Assembly: GCA_038087875.1 (NCBI GenBank)
Contig: JAXLNO010000638.1
Location: 1 to 64,000, forward strand
Reading direction: 5' to 3'
Length of the DNA stretch: 64,000 bases
Origin: Malacoraja senta
Lineage: Eukaryota
In this document: positions 1 to 11,402 of the stretch, one piece after another
How the letters are laid out: each line of letters opens with the position of its first letter
How positions within the stretch are numbered: the stretch's first letter is position 1
Made by a program: the position numbers and the translations under genes
The notes under the pieces: model-generated
Databases searched by the model: none
Seen by the model: the letters and a program-made list of their open reading frames with translations, nothing else
What the model was told of the DNA's origin: nothing

Positions 1-355
1 CCCATACAAATTTAGTTTTTGTCCTTCTAATTTATCAAAAAAGATTTAGTGATAAGTATAGGGACGTGCTGGAAAAGATACAGGAATTTGGGTAGGACGA
101 CCATCTTGACCAGATTTATCCGGCCCACGAGGGATAGCGGTCTAAAACTGACCAGCGGACAAAATCTCTTTCGGCTTTCTCAACCAGAGGCAGAAAGTTT
201 GAGCGGAACATATCCAGACTAAGGGTGTCTGTGATACAAACTGCCGAGATAGCCGAAACCATCTCTGCCATTTGAATGAGGTTAAAGAGCGAGGGAGCTG
301 CTTAGGCAATGAATTAATCGGTCAATAGCTCACTCTTTTGGTAGTTAAGTCTTAT
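1..355 (-). mobile_element. L1 ORF2 fragment, inverted 5' segment of a 5'-inverted L1 (runs off the left edge)
   Basis: The minus strand translates, with frameshifts, to L1 post-RT motifs NYQKSEL, NFLPLVEKAERDFVRWS and VGRINLVKMVVLPKFLYLFQHVPILITKSF. These are homologous to IGRINAIKMIFLPQILYLFQSIP in the intact L1 ORF2 at 21398. Confidence 0.85.
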
Positions 356-1610
356 AACCAGAATCACGCATTCAAAACCTGGCATAGCAACGGTATCAGT
401 AGTATGAAAAACCTATACAAGGATGGCATCTTTTCGTCCTTCGCGGAGCTCTCGTCCAACTACAGCCTCCCAAACTCCCACCTTCTTCGGTTTTTCCAGA
501 TTAGGGATTTTGTGAAGAAGACATTCCCCTATTTCCCAAATCGCCCCCCTGAAACCCTGACTGATACCATCTTAGCTTTAGATCCCAACCGGAAGAAATG
601 CATCTCTATTTTGTATAATTTGCTAGGGTCGGTTTTATTGAAACCTCATACCTCATTAAAAGCTGCGTGGGAGAGCTGAATACGAAACTAACAGACCAGC
701 AATGGGACTCTGCCTTGGATTTGATCCATTCTTCCTCCATATGTGCCCATCATGGCCTACTCCAATGCAAAGTCCTTTACAAAGTCCACTACACAAATGC
801 AAGATTATCTAGAATGTACCCCGCTGTTAGGGACACCTGCAACAGATGTAATCAATCCCCTGCCAAACATAGCCATATGTTTTGGTCTTGCCCTAAGCTA
901 GCAGCCTTTTGGAGGAGTGCTTTCGAATTGATAAGCAGAGCCTACGACCAGACTATTCCTCCAAACCCAATCTCAGCCATTTTCGGTACCTCTCCCAACA
1001 CCAACCTCTCTGTTGCGGTGAAACGGGTCCTAGCTTTTACAACCTTGTTAGCCCGGAGACTGATCTTGCTTAACTGGAGGCTCACCTGTCCCCCGACACA
1101 CGCCCGTTGGATTAAGGAGGTGCTTTACAATTTAAAGCTTGAAAAACTTAGGTTCTCTCTCAAAGGCTCTACCAAGACATTCCCAGATACATGGAACCCT
1201 TTCTTTGAACTTGTTAACTCTCTCAACTTGTCCGCGGACTCAGAAGAGGACTGAGTGTTCTCCACCATTGTTTTGCTCTACAGCAGCTGCTTTCCCCTTA
1301 ATACCCCCCTACCCACAATTATTTATTTAATTACTTGCTTATTTACTGTATTTTTTATTTTTTTATTTTTATTATTATTTTTTAGTACTTTTTGTTTAGT
1401 TTATCTTACCATATGTGTGTGGATGTGTACGTATGTGAGTGTTGTTTGTCCCCGTTTGGTTCCGACCTGATTCGGGTGGGTTGAAGGTGGGTAAGGGTAA
1501 GGGTTTTGAGGGTCGCTTACATACTGTTGCACAATTATGCCTTGACTGTCAAGGTCTGTTATCATAGTATGTATGCAAATTGCTGTGAAATTCAAATAAA
1601 AAGATTTAAA
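356..1610 (+). mobile_element. L1 3' segment: ORF2 C-terminus with CCHC knuckle, 3' UTR, A-rich tail
   Basis: ORFs 338-679 and 667-1254 contain CNRCNQSPAKHSHMFWSC and LEKLRF...WNPF. A T-rich 3' UTR ends aaataaaaagatttaaa. Confidence 0.9.
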
Positions 1611-2722
1611 TTACTAATCTTCTGGAATTTTTTGAAGATGTAACTAGGAAAATGGACAAGGGGCGAGCCAATGGATGTAGTGTACCTGGACTTTCAAAAA
1701 GCATTTGATAAGGTCCAACATAGGAGATTAGTGGTCAAAATTATGGCACATGGTATTGGGGGTAGAGTGCTGACATAGATAGAGAAGTGGTTGGCAGACA
1801 GGAAACAAAGACTAAGGATTAACAGGTCTCTTTCAGAATGGCAGGCAGTGACTAGTGGGGTACCCCAAGGCTCGGTGCTGGGATCGCAGCTATTTACAAT
1901 ATACATCAATGATTTGGATGAAGGGATTCAAAGTAATATTATCAAATTTGCAGATGACACAAAGCTGGTGGCAGTGTGAACTGTGAGGAGGATGCTATGA
2001 GAATGCAGTGTGACTTGGACAGCGAGACCTGGGTGTCCTTGTACACCGGTCACTAAAAGTTGGCATGCAGGTACAGCAGGCAGTGAAGAAAGCTAATGGA
2101 ATGTTGGCCTTCATAACAAGAGGATTTCAGTTTAGGAGCAGAGAGGTTCTTCTGCAGTTGTATAGGGCTCTAGTAAGACCACATCTGGAGTATTGCATAC
2201 AGTTTTGGTCTCCTAATTTGAGGAAGGACATCCTTGTGATTGAGGCAGCGCAGCGTAGGTTCACAAGATTGATCCCTGGGAGGCGGGACTGTCATATGAG
2301 GAAAGATTGAAAAGAGTAGGCTTGTATTCACTGGAGTTTAGAAGGATGAGGGGGGGATCTTATAGAAACATATAAAATTATAAAAGGACAAGCTAGATGC
2401 AGGAAAAATGTTCCCAATGTTGGGCGAGTCCAGAACCAGGGGCCAAAGTCTTAGAATAAAGGGGAGGCCATTTAAGACTGAGGTGAGAAGAAACTTTTTC
2501 ACCCAGAGAGTTGTGAATTTGTGGAATTCCCTGCCACAGAGGCCAGTGGAGGCCAAATCACTGGATGGATTTAAGAGAGAGTTAGATAGAGTTCTTGGGG
2601 CTAGTGGAATCAAGGGATATGGGGAGAAGGCAGGCACGGGTTATTGATTGGGGACAATCGGCCATCATCGCCGAAGGGCTGAATGGCCTCCTCCTGCACC
2701 TATTTTCTATGTTTCTATGTTT
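1611..2722 (+). mobile_element. CR1 LINE, 5'-truncated RT/3' end with an internal deletion near 2020
   Basis: [19 protein letters not shown] and LVRPHLEYC motifs; 3' stem-loop and (TTTCTATG)n tail. Confidence 0.93.
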
Positions 2723-3342
2723 CCCACCCAAACCACTCCCTCCCCTGGTACTTTCCCTTGCAACCGCAGGAAATGCTACACTTGTCGCTTTACCTCCCCC
2801 CTCGGCTCCATTCAAGGACCCAAGCAGTCTTTCTATGCGAGGCAGAGATTCACCTGCACCTCCTCCAACCTCATCTACTGCATTCGCTGTTCAAGGTGTC
2901 AACTGCTCAACATTGGTGAGACCAAGCGCAGGCTTGGCGATCGCTTCGCCCATCTTCGCTCAGTTCGCAATAACTAACCTGATCTCCCGGTGGCTCAGCA
3001 CTTGAACTCCCCCTCCCATTCCAAATCCGACCTTTCTGTCCTGGGCCTCTCCATGGCCAGAGTGAGGCCCACTGCAAATTGTAGGGACAGCACCTCATAT
3101 TTCGCCTGGGTAGTTTACACCCCAGCGGTATGAACACTGACTTGTCCAATTTCAGGTAGTCCTTGCTTTCTCCATCCTTCCCCTCCCCTTCCCAGCTCTC
3201 CCGCAGCCTACTGTCTCCACTTCTTCATTTCCCCACTCCCCCCGACATCAGTCTGAAGAAGGCTCTCGACCCGAAACGTCGTCTATTCCCTCACTCCATA
3301 GACTCTGCCTCACCCGCTGAGTTTCTCCCGCTTTTTTGTGTA
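2723..3342 (+). mobile_element. Penelope-like element 3' part: GIY-YIG endonuclease remnant plus 3' terminal (pLTR) sequence
   Basis: CNRRKCYTC...FTCTSSNLIYCIRCSRCQLLNIGETKRRLGDRFA.H is the GIY-YIG domain of PLEs with Cys motifs. It is followed by a pyrimidine-rich UTR and a hammerhead core. Confidence 0.88.
3253..3280 (+). ncRNA. Minimal type I hammerhead ribozyme-like motif in the Penelope 3' end
   Basis: CTGAAGA-a-GGcT ctcg ACCC-GAAA-CGTC: conserved CUGANGA and GAAA boxes, stem II with one mismatch, palindromic ACGT and a GUC cleavage triplet. Confidence 0.65.
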
Positions 3343-4130
3343 CCTGGATTATCAAAGCTAACGCCGCTGCAAGCAAGGTCATAACAGACTGTGTTATGTG
3401 TAAACAACAATGGGGAACAGCTGGAGAGCAAAAATGGCAGACTTGCTGCTGGAGAGGATTCTACCTGACAAGCCTCCATTTACAGATGGAGGAGTAGACT
3501 ACTTCGGTCCTATAGAGATCAAGAGAGGATGAAATCTTGTTAAAATGTATGGTGTCATCTTCACCTGCATGGCAAGCAGGGCAGTACATCTTGAAGGCAT
3601 CTACACTTGACACAGACTGCTTCATCCATGCATTACGAACATTCATCTGTCGACGAGGTCACGTTTCATTTTAAGATCAGACAATGGCACAAATATTATC
3701 GCAGTGGAAAGAGAATTGAGAGAAGCACTTAATGGCTTGAATCAGAACAAGATCCAGAATGCTATGGTTCAGCAGGGGCTAAGGTGGTATTTTAAACTCC
3801 CAGTAGGATCCCATCACGGCGGTGTTTGCAAACGATTGATCCGCATGGTTCGAAATGTGCTGCGCTCTGTTCTTAAACAACAAGTTCTGGATGATGAAGG
3901 ATTGCAAATTTATTTTGTGAAGGTGAAGCAATTTTAAATGATCGACCCATTACCAAAAGCTCTGATGATCCAAGTGACCTGGAAGCACTCACCCCAAACC
4001 ATCTTCTTCTGTTGAAAGCCAAGCCAGTTCTACCACCTGGTCTCTTTGTGAAGGAAGACTTGTACATTCAACGCAGATGGAGACAGGTACAATATATGGC
4101 AGACCTTTTTTGGAAACGGCGGATTGGAAA
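3343..4130 (+). mobile_element. BEL/Pao LTR retrotransposon integrase remnant
   Basis: Frameshifted motifs [65 protein letters not shown] and [16 protein letters not shown]. Confidence 0.9.
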
Positions 4131-4185
4131 CTAAACTGCCAGAAGAAGCAGTTGTGGCAGGCAAAATAAAAATATATTTAAATTA

Positions 4186-4326
4186 TTTTAGTTTAGTTTA
4201 ATTTAGTTTCGTGATACAGTGAGGAAACAGGCCATTCGGCCCACCAGTCCGCACCGACCAGCAATCCCTGCACAATTACACTATCCTAAACACAGTAGGG
4301 ATAATTGACATTTATATCAAGCCAAT
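4186..4326 (-). mobile_element. HE1/V-SINE-type SINE, 3' half (split by the Gypsy insertion)
   Basis: (TTTAG)n tail and ggaaacaggccattcggccc. The sequence continues after the 3' LTR at 18259 (ccaat|taacctataaacctg). Confidence 0.8.
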
Positions 4327-6153
4327 TGTAGATTGGTTATTTCCTACTAGTCAATTGTAGTGCTTGTTAGTAGTGACTCCGCCTATTATGCGCTTTATAT
4401 AGAAACATAGAAAATAGGTGCAGGAGGAGGCCATTCGGCCCTTCGAGCCAGCATCGCCATTCATTATGATCATGGCTGATCGTCCCCAATCAATAACCCG
4501 TGCCTGCCTTCTCTCCATATCCCTTGATTCCACTAGCCCCTAGAGCTCTATCTAACTCTCTCTTAAATCCATCCAGTGACATGGCCTCCACTGCCCTCTG
4601 TGGCAGGGAATTCCATAAATTCACAACTCTCAGGGTGAAAAAGTTTTTTCTCACCTCAGTCTTAAATGGCTTCCCCTATATTCTAAGGCTGTGGCCCCTG
4701 GCTCTGGACTCGCCGAACATTACGAACATTTTTCCTGCATCTAGCTTGTCCAGTCCTTTTATAATTTTATATGTTTCTATAAGATCCCCCCTAATCCTTC
4801 TAAACTCCAGTGAATACAAGCCTAGTCTTTTCAATCTTTCCTCATATGACAGTCCCGCCATCCCAGGGATCAATCTTGTGAACCTACGATGCACTGCCTC
4901 AATCACAAGGATGTCCTTCCTCAAATTCGGAGACCAAAACTGGAGACAATACTCCACATGTGGTCTCACCAGAGCCCTATATAACTGCAGAAGAACCTCT
5001 TTACTACTATATTGAAATCCTCTTGTTATGAAGGCCAACATTCCATTAGCTTTCTTCACTGCCTGCTGTAACTGCACGCCAACTTTCAGTGACTGGCGTA
5101 CAAGGATGCCCAGGTCTCGCTGCACCTCCCCCTTGCCTAACCTAACCCCATTGAGATAATAATCTGCCCCCTTATTTTTGCCGCTAAAGTGGATAACCTC
5201 ACATTTATCTATATTATACTGCATCTGCCACGCATCTGCCCACTCACTCAACCTGTCCAGGTCACCCTGCAACCTCCTAACATCCTCTTCACAGTTCACA
5301 CTGCCACCCAGCTTTGTGTCATCCGCAAACTTGCTAGTGTTGCTCCTAATTCCCTCTTCCAAATCATTAATATATATGGTAAACGGTTGCGGCCCCAACA
5401 CCGAGACTTGCGGCACTCCACTCGCCACTGCCTGCCATTCTGAAAAGGACCCGTTCACTCCTACTCTTTGCTTCCTGTCTGCCAATCAATTTTCTATCCA
5501 TGTCAACACCCTATCCCCAATACCATGTGCTCTAATTTTAGTCACCAGTCTCCCATGCAGGACCTATTCAAAGACTTTCTGAAAATCTAGATACACTACA
5601 TCCACTGGCACCCCTTCATCCATTTCACTTGTCACATCCTCAAAAAATTCCAGAAGATTAGTCAAGCATGATTTCCCTTTCATAAATCCATGTTGACTTG
5701 GACTAATCATTTTACTGCTATCCAAATGCCCCATTATTACCTCTTTAATAATTGACTCGAGCATCTTTCCCACCACCGGTCAGGCTAACTGGTCTGTAAT
5801 TCCCCGTTTTCTCTATCGCTCCTTTCTTGAAAAGTGGGACAACGTTAGCTATCCTCCAATCCACAGGAACTGATCCTGAATCGATCGAACATTGGAAAAT
5901 AATCACCAATGCGTCCACTATTTCTAGAGCCACCTCCTTGTGGACTCTGGGATGCAGACCCAGGGGATTTATCATCCTTCAGTCCCATTAGCCTACCCAA
6001 TACTATTTCTATTCTACTATATTAACACGAGCTTGCCTATGCCAGTTAGTATTAGTAGCTGCTAGATAATGTAATATCCTGCAGATTGTTGCTGTAAGTA
6101 GATTTAATAAACATGTGCTGTATCTTGATATGTGTTTGACTCAGCTCATTGCA
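4327..6153 (+). repeat. Gypsy 5' LTR (4327-4400 plus about 6023-6153), interrupted by CR1
   Basis: The two pieces join into a copy of 18051-18253. By hand count they differ at about 15 substitutions and 1 indel. Confidence 0.92.
4401..6017 (-). mobile_element. CR1 LINE, 5'-truncated, inserted in the Gypsy 5' LTR
   Basis: RT ORFs 4676-5485, 5564-5776 and 5745-5975; tail at 4401; TATAT on both sides (4396-4400 / 6018-6022). Confidence 0.93.
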
Positions 6154-6201
6154 TGGTGTCGGAAGTGGGATTCGAAACCACGCCTCCATTCAGAGACCAG
6201 A
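6154..6201 (+). other. Extended primer-binding site: antisense copy of the 3' 48 nt of mature tRNA-Leu
   Basis: The reverse complement is TCTGGTCTCTGAATGGAGGCGTGGTTTCGAATCCCACTTCCGACACCA: anticodon-stem 3' strand, long variable arm, T-loop TTCGAAT, acceptor strand and CCA. Confidence 0.85.
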
Positions 6202-7499
6202 TGTGTTCCTCATGCCATGCATGACAGAGTACACAATGAACTCAAGCGGATGGTCTCCATGGGTGTTATTGCTGAAGTTACTGACCCATGTGACTGTGTT
6301 TCCAACATGGTGGTCGCAACAAAGAAAAACAAGGAGGAGATCCGTATCTGCATAAACCCCAGAGATCTTAAGACTGCTATCAAACGGCAGCACTACCTTA
6401 TGCGAACAGTAGATGAAGTTGCTGCTCAGATAGGCAATGCATCAGTATTCTCCGTTCTGGATGCCAAAAGTTCATTTTGGCAGATTCTACTTGACCCAGA
6501 CTCGTCCAATCTTACTACGTTCGGCACCCCCTGAACATGACGCCAATCTGAAGAAAGTACTAGACTGTGCCAAAGACATTCAGATTAAACTCAATCCACT
6601 GAAGTGCAAGTTTCGAGTCCCAGAAGTTACTTACGTCGGTCATGTTTTCACAAGTGATGGTCTCAGACCAGTCCCATCAAAAACGGCAGCTATCAATGAA
6701 ATGCCGGTTCCTACTGACGTTGTGAGTCTACAAAGGTTCCTTAGAATGGTCAACTACCTGGGGAAATTTATTCCCAAACTCAGTGACATATCTGCCCCCC
6801 TGCGAGACCTGACACACAACGATGCTACATGGTCTTGGTATCCGCAGCACCAAAGAGCTTTCGACACTCTCAAATTGCAGCCTGCTAGCGCACCTACTCT
6901 CGCCTACTTTGCTTTGGATTTACCAGTAACGCTCACCTGCGATGAGTCCCAGTATGGACTTGCCGCTGCTTGCCTGCAGACCACTACCGATGGCGACTGA
7001 GAGCCTGTTTCTTATGCACTAACTGACACTGACACTGAACAACGTTACGCCCAGATCGAAAAAGAATTGCTCGCAGTGGTTTCACCTGCACAAAATTCAA
7101 GGACTTTATTTTTGGGAAGTCTGTGACTATAGAAACTGACCACCAGCCGTTGGTCACTATTTGGAACAAATCCATCCACGCTGCCCCAGCCCACCTACAA
7201 CGAATGATGATACAGCTGCAGCGATTTGATTTCAACATGGTCTATAAGAAAGACAAGGACATGCACATAGCTGACATGCTATCAAGTGCCCCACGCAAAA
7301 CCAACGAACAACAACTTTCTGAACAGGAACAGTTCTCAGTAATGAAGGTATCGTATGTTCCTACTAATTGATTGAGCAGCCTAGCAAAACACACGGCGGC
7401 TGACGAGACTTTACAATTGCTGTCTGAAGTCATCCGGCGTGGCCGGCCGGATAAACAACACAACACCGTGCTCTCAATCCGCCCATACTTCCTGGTTCG
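6202..7499 (+). pseudogene. Gypsy pol: RT (core including YxDD deleted near 6533) and RNase H, frameshifted
   Basis: VPHAM..ELKRM, RICINPRDL, FSVLDAKSSFWQ, KLNPLKCKF, TCDESQYGL, YAQIEKELLAV and ETDHQPL motifs. Confidence 0.9.
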
Positions 7500-8759
7500 C
7501 ACCAAATCTGAGGAAGGACATTATAGCCATAGAGGGAGTGCAGAGAAGGTTCACCAGACTGATTCCTGGGATGTCAGGACTTTCCATATAACCATATAAC
7601 CATATAACAATTACAGCACGGAAACAGGCCATCTCGACCCTTCTAGTCCGTGCCGAACACGTATTCTCCCCTAGTCCCATATACCTGCGCTCAGACCATA
7701 ACCCTCCATTCCTTTCCCGTCCATATAACTATCCAATTTATTTTTAAATGATAAAAACGAACCTGCCTCCACCACCTTCACTGGAAGCTCATTCCACACA
7801 GCCACCACTCTCTGAGTAAAGAAGTTCCCCCTCATGTTACCCCTAAACTTCTGTCCCTTAATTCTCAAGTCATGTCCCCTTGTTTGAATCTTCCCTACTC
7901 TCAGTGGGAAAAGCTTATCCACGTCAACTCTGTCTATCCCTCTCATTATTTTAAAGACCTCTATCAAGTCCCCCCTTAACCTACTGCGCTCCAAAGAATA
8001 AAGCCCTAACTTGTTCAACCTTTCTCTGTAACTTAGTTGCTGAAACCCAGGCAACATTCTAGTAAATCTCCTCTGTACTCTCTCTATTTTGTTGACATCC
8101 TTCCTATAATTAGGCGACCAAAATTGTACACCATACTCCAGAATTGGCCTCACCAATGCCTGGTACAATTTTAACATTACATCCCAACTTCTATACTCAA
8201 TGCTCTGATTTATAAAAGCCAGCACACCAAAAGCTTTCTTTACCACCCTATCTACATGAGATTACACTTTCAGGGAACTGTGCACAGTTATTCCAAGATC
8301 CCTCTGTTCACCTGCATTCTTCAATTCCCTACCATTTACCATGTACTTCCTATTTTGATTTGTCCTGCCAAGATGTAGCACCTCACACTGATCAGCATTA
8401 AACTCCATCTGCCATCTTTCAGCCCACTCTTCCAACCGGCATAAATCTCTCTGTAGACTTTGAATATCTACTTCATTATCCACAGCCCCACCTATCTTAG
8501 TATCATCTGCATACTTACTAATCCAATTTACCACACCATCATCCAGATCATTGATGTACATGACAAACAACAGTGGACCCAACACAGATCACTGTGGCAC
8601 CCCACTAGTCACTGGCCTCCAACCTGACAAACAACCATCCACCATTACTCTCTGGCATCTCCCATTCAGCCACTGTTGAATCCATCTTGCTACTCCACCA
8701 TTAATACCCAACCATTGAACCTTCTTAACCAACCTTCCGTGAGGAACCTTGTCAAAGGC

Positions 8760-9330
8760 TGTGAATGTAAATTTTGAATAAACGCTGTAAGATTGTTCTG
8801 TGAAGGTAAAATGGTTGACCAGGTGGACTGGATTGAAACATAAAATGTCTGCTGACCAAAATTGCTGAATATGTAGCTGCAGGGGTCAGGAAGTTGTGGT
8901 CAGGAGAAATTCACATTGTCCTGCTGTTACTGCATAATCGTGACTATGGTATTAACTGTACCCGTCTGACTGAGATAGCTGGCTCTCAGAAGTCTAAGGA
9001 ATATACAAACCGCTGCTCTCAGAAGTCTGAGGAATGTACCTGTCTTATCTCTAGTATTGTTCCACTAAATAACACCTCCCAATATGTACTTGCCTGTGAT
9101 CCTGACCTTCGCGTTCGTGTCTGTTGCTTTGTTTCAGTAATATGGGAGGCATAAACTGTAGCCCTTTAAGTATATAAGGCATTACAAATTAAGGCATTGA
9201 GCTTGACTCTTTGCTAGGTTGTTAACCTGTGTGAAGACTCAGTGCAGAATAAACGTACATTTAAAGCAACCCCGGTGTCCGGTCGATTATTGTCGAAACA
9301 GCCGATGTGAGAGAAAAACGTGAATCAACA
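8760..9330 (+). repeat. ERV 5' LTR (571 bp)
   Basis: Direct repeat of 14202-14773; TATA-like tatataa near 9171; AATAAA near 9248. Confidence 0.96.
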
Positions 9331-9332
9331 TT

Positions 9333-9350
9333 TGGTGTAAGGAGTGGGAT
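9333..9350 (+). promoter_or_regulatory. ERV primer-binding site, tRNA-Leu
   Basis: TGGTGTAAGGAGTGGGAT lies 2 nt after the LTR and has one mismatch to TGGTGTCAGGAGTGGGAT, the complement of the vertebrate tRNA-Leu 3' end. Confidence 0.85.
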
Positions 9351-9841
9351 GTCAACCAGCAGCTGATCGAGCCGGCGAGTGAATCCACTGGGCGACGGGA
9401 TCGATGTGAAGGGTGCGCAGCCAAGTGAGTAGATTTAGTTAAATCACCACTTGGTCCTTCCTCGTATCCCGGCGTAGCAGGGTAATTCGCTGGCTTGCGT
9501 CAGTCGGTGGGACGACATCCGAACGTTCCAGTTGTGGGCACGGGGATAGGGCCGTCTCGAGGATTGTCCTAGTCTGATCGAGCGGATAAAATACCCCGTA
9601 GAGGGGGACCGTAGACGGTATATAAGAGGAGTGCACTGGGGATAGGATGGGAATGTAATGGTTATTGAATCGTCAGATTGACAAGTATTGAGACGTTAAC
9701 CGAGACCAAGGTACCCCCGTATCTCACAGAAAGTCCGCCTTAGACTGGCGAAGGTCAGGAATTGAAGTGACCGAGTGAGATACGGCAGAACCAAGGACTC
9801 ACGGTTAACCCTGAACTATTGGTGTGTAATAAAATAAGTAT

Positions 9842-10303
9842 AATTCTCAAGGGGTACAGGGATGGAGGGGATGGTTGACAAGTGGGGGTTGATGTTTATC
9901 TTGCTTTACTATTGTTTACTTATGTTTGGGTACTTCAGATATGAAGTTTGTATGTACATAATAGTTGTATGTATATATATGTCTGTAGGTATTATGGGAA
10001 ATTGCCTAGGGTAGTATTATTATTAGTAATGAATTGATTTTTAAATATGATAGAAGTGTTGGGGAAAAGGGGTGAGATTTAATAAGTTATTCTTCTTCTC
10101 ACTCCTTTTCGAGCTTGTACAGACACAGAGTTGGACATTGGAACTTTGATTTTGTTCTTCTCATTGCTTTGTAAATATTGATTGTAATGTCCAATTGTTT
10201 GATAATTTCGATTTTGTTAATATTAATGTCTTTAATGTCTTTACTTGTTCGGAATAAATAAATAAATAAATAAATAATAAATAAAAAAAAAAATATATAT
10301 ATA
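9842..10303 (+). mobile_element. Probable L1-type 3' UTR/poly(A) fragment inserted in the ERV leader
   Basis: T-rich UTR-like sequence ending (AAAT)n-A-run-(AT)n, lying between two copies of ERV leader sequence. Confidence 0.6.
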
Positions 10304-10514
10304 TATTGAATCATCGGATTGACAAGTATTGAGACGTTAACCGAGACCAAGGTACCCCCGTATCTCACAGAAAGTCCGCCTTAGACTGGTTGTTAAGAGA
10401 GGAAATCCTCCACGCGAAGGTCAGGAATTGAAGTGACCGAGTGAGATACGGCAGAACCAAGGACTCACGGTTAACCCTGAACGATTGGTGTGTAATAAAA
10501 TAAGTATTAAAAAA

Positions 10515-11402
10515 ATGGGTAATGGTATGGACACCAGTTGTCACCCGGACCGGCCATTACATCAGCTATGTTTCTTGCATCCAGAAATGGAGGAGACCTT
10601 CAGGCGTATGTCGGGAGGACTCATTCATAAACTGGGGAAGGATGAATGGCCTGAAGGGGGTTCCAAGGATATGGGTGTGTTATCAAGTGCCCAGAGTGTA
10701 ATATGGAAAAAGGATAAAAAAAGAAATTATAAAAAGGCCATTCAGTTGTGGATCGATCATGGTAACAGAGAAAAGGCACGGTCTTTAACGGCCAGTTGGC
10801 AGAATAATGCCTTGAAACTAGGAATACCCCTGACCGAGGGGGGTCAGGAGAAGTCGGTGACCGTATTAAAACAGGAATGTAGGCATGCTAAGGAAAGTAA
10901 GGATCGTCAGGAGAGAGAGAGACAAAATAAGGCCGAGGTAGATAAAGACTTACGTAAGTCGGTGGCTGGCATAGATTTGGGAGGTGACGACGAGGAGGAG
11001 GTAGAGGATTATCATTGGGGAGTCCGTGGAGCACCCCTGCTGAACCAGTCTGCCCCCGTTGCCAGTCCCTCTGCCCCCGTTCCCAGTCCCGTGTCCGCTC
11101 CTCCAATTCCCGCTACCCGATCCAAGATTAAAACTCGCCCTTCACAGATACCAGTTTCCAAATCTCTGAACCCCAGAAGACGGTCCCATTCAGGGGGGAC
11201 CACAGGGAAGACAGTTGCCCCTAGTGCCCCTCCAGCAGACCGACCTCCTCCGTATTCTCCTGCTGCCCTACAATCTACTGACTCCGTGGGAGGCAGAACT
11301 AAGCTGAACCCCCGGACCAAAACCAGACAGAATATGGCACAGCGGCGAACTCAATCCCTCCCCTACAGTATACATGGACCAGATTGCCACAGGGCTTTGT
11401 AA
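10515..11402 (+). pseudogene. gag: ERV Gag N-terminal half (matrix plus Pro-rich late-domain region); capsid and NC deleted
   Basis: MGNG start (myristoylation-type), a WP..GS matrix-like motif, two PSAP motifs and PPPY. The sequence joins RT at about 11365. Confidence 0.85.

Noticed and set aside
4500..5582. Recurrent ORFs such as MPAFSPYPLIPLA...
   Set aside because: These are antisense shadows of CR1 ORF2, repeated wherever CR1 occurs.
6154..6201. tRNA-Leu gene on the minus strand
   Set aside because: Only the 3' half is present, CCA is encoded and it abuts an LTR, so it is a primer-derived copy rather than a gene.
8894..9154. ORFs 8894-9154 and 14235-14597 as duplicated genes
   Set aside because: They lie within the two ERV LTRs, lack true ATG starts and have no recognisable domain.
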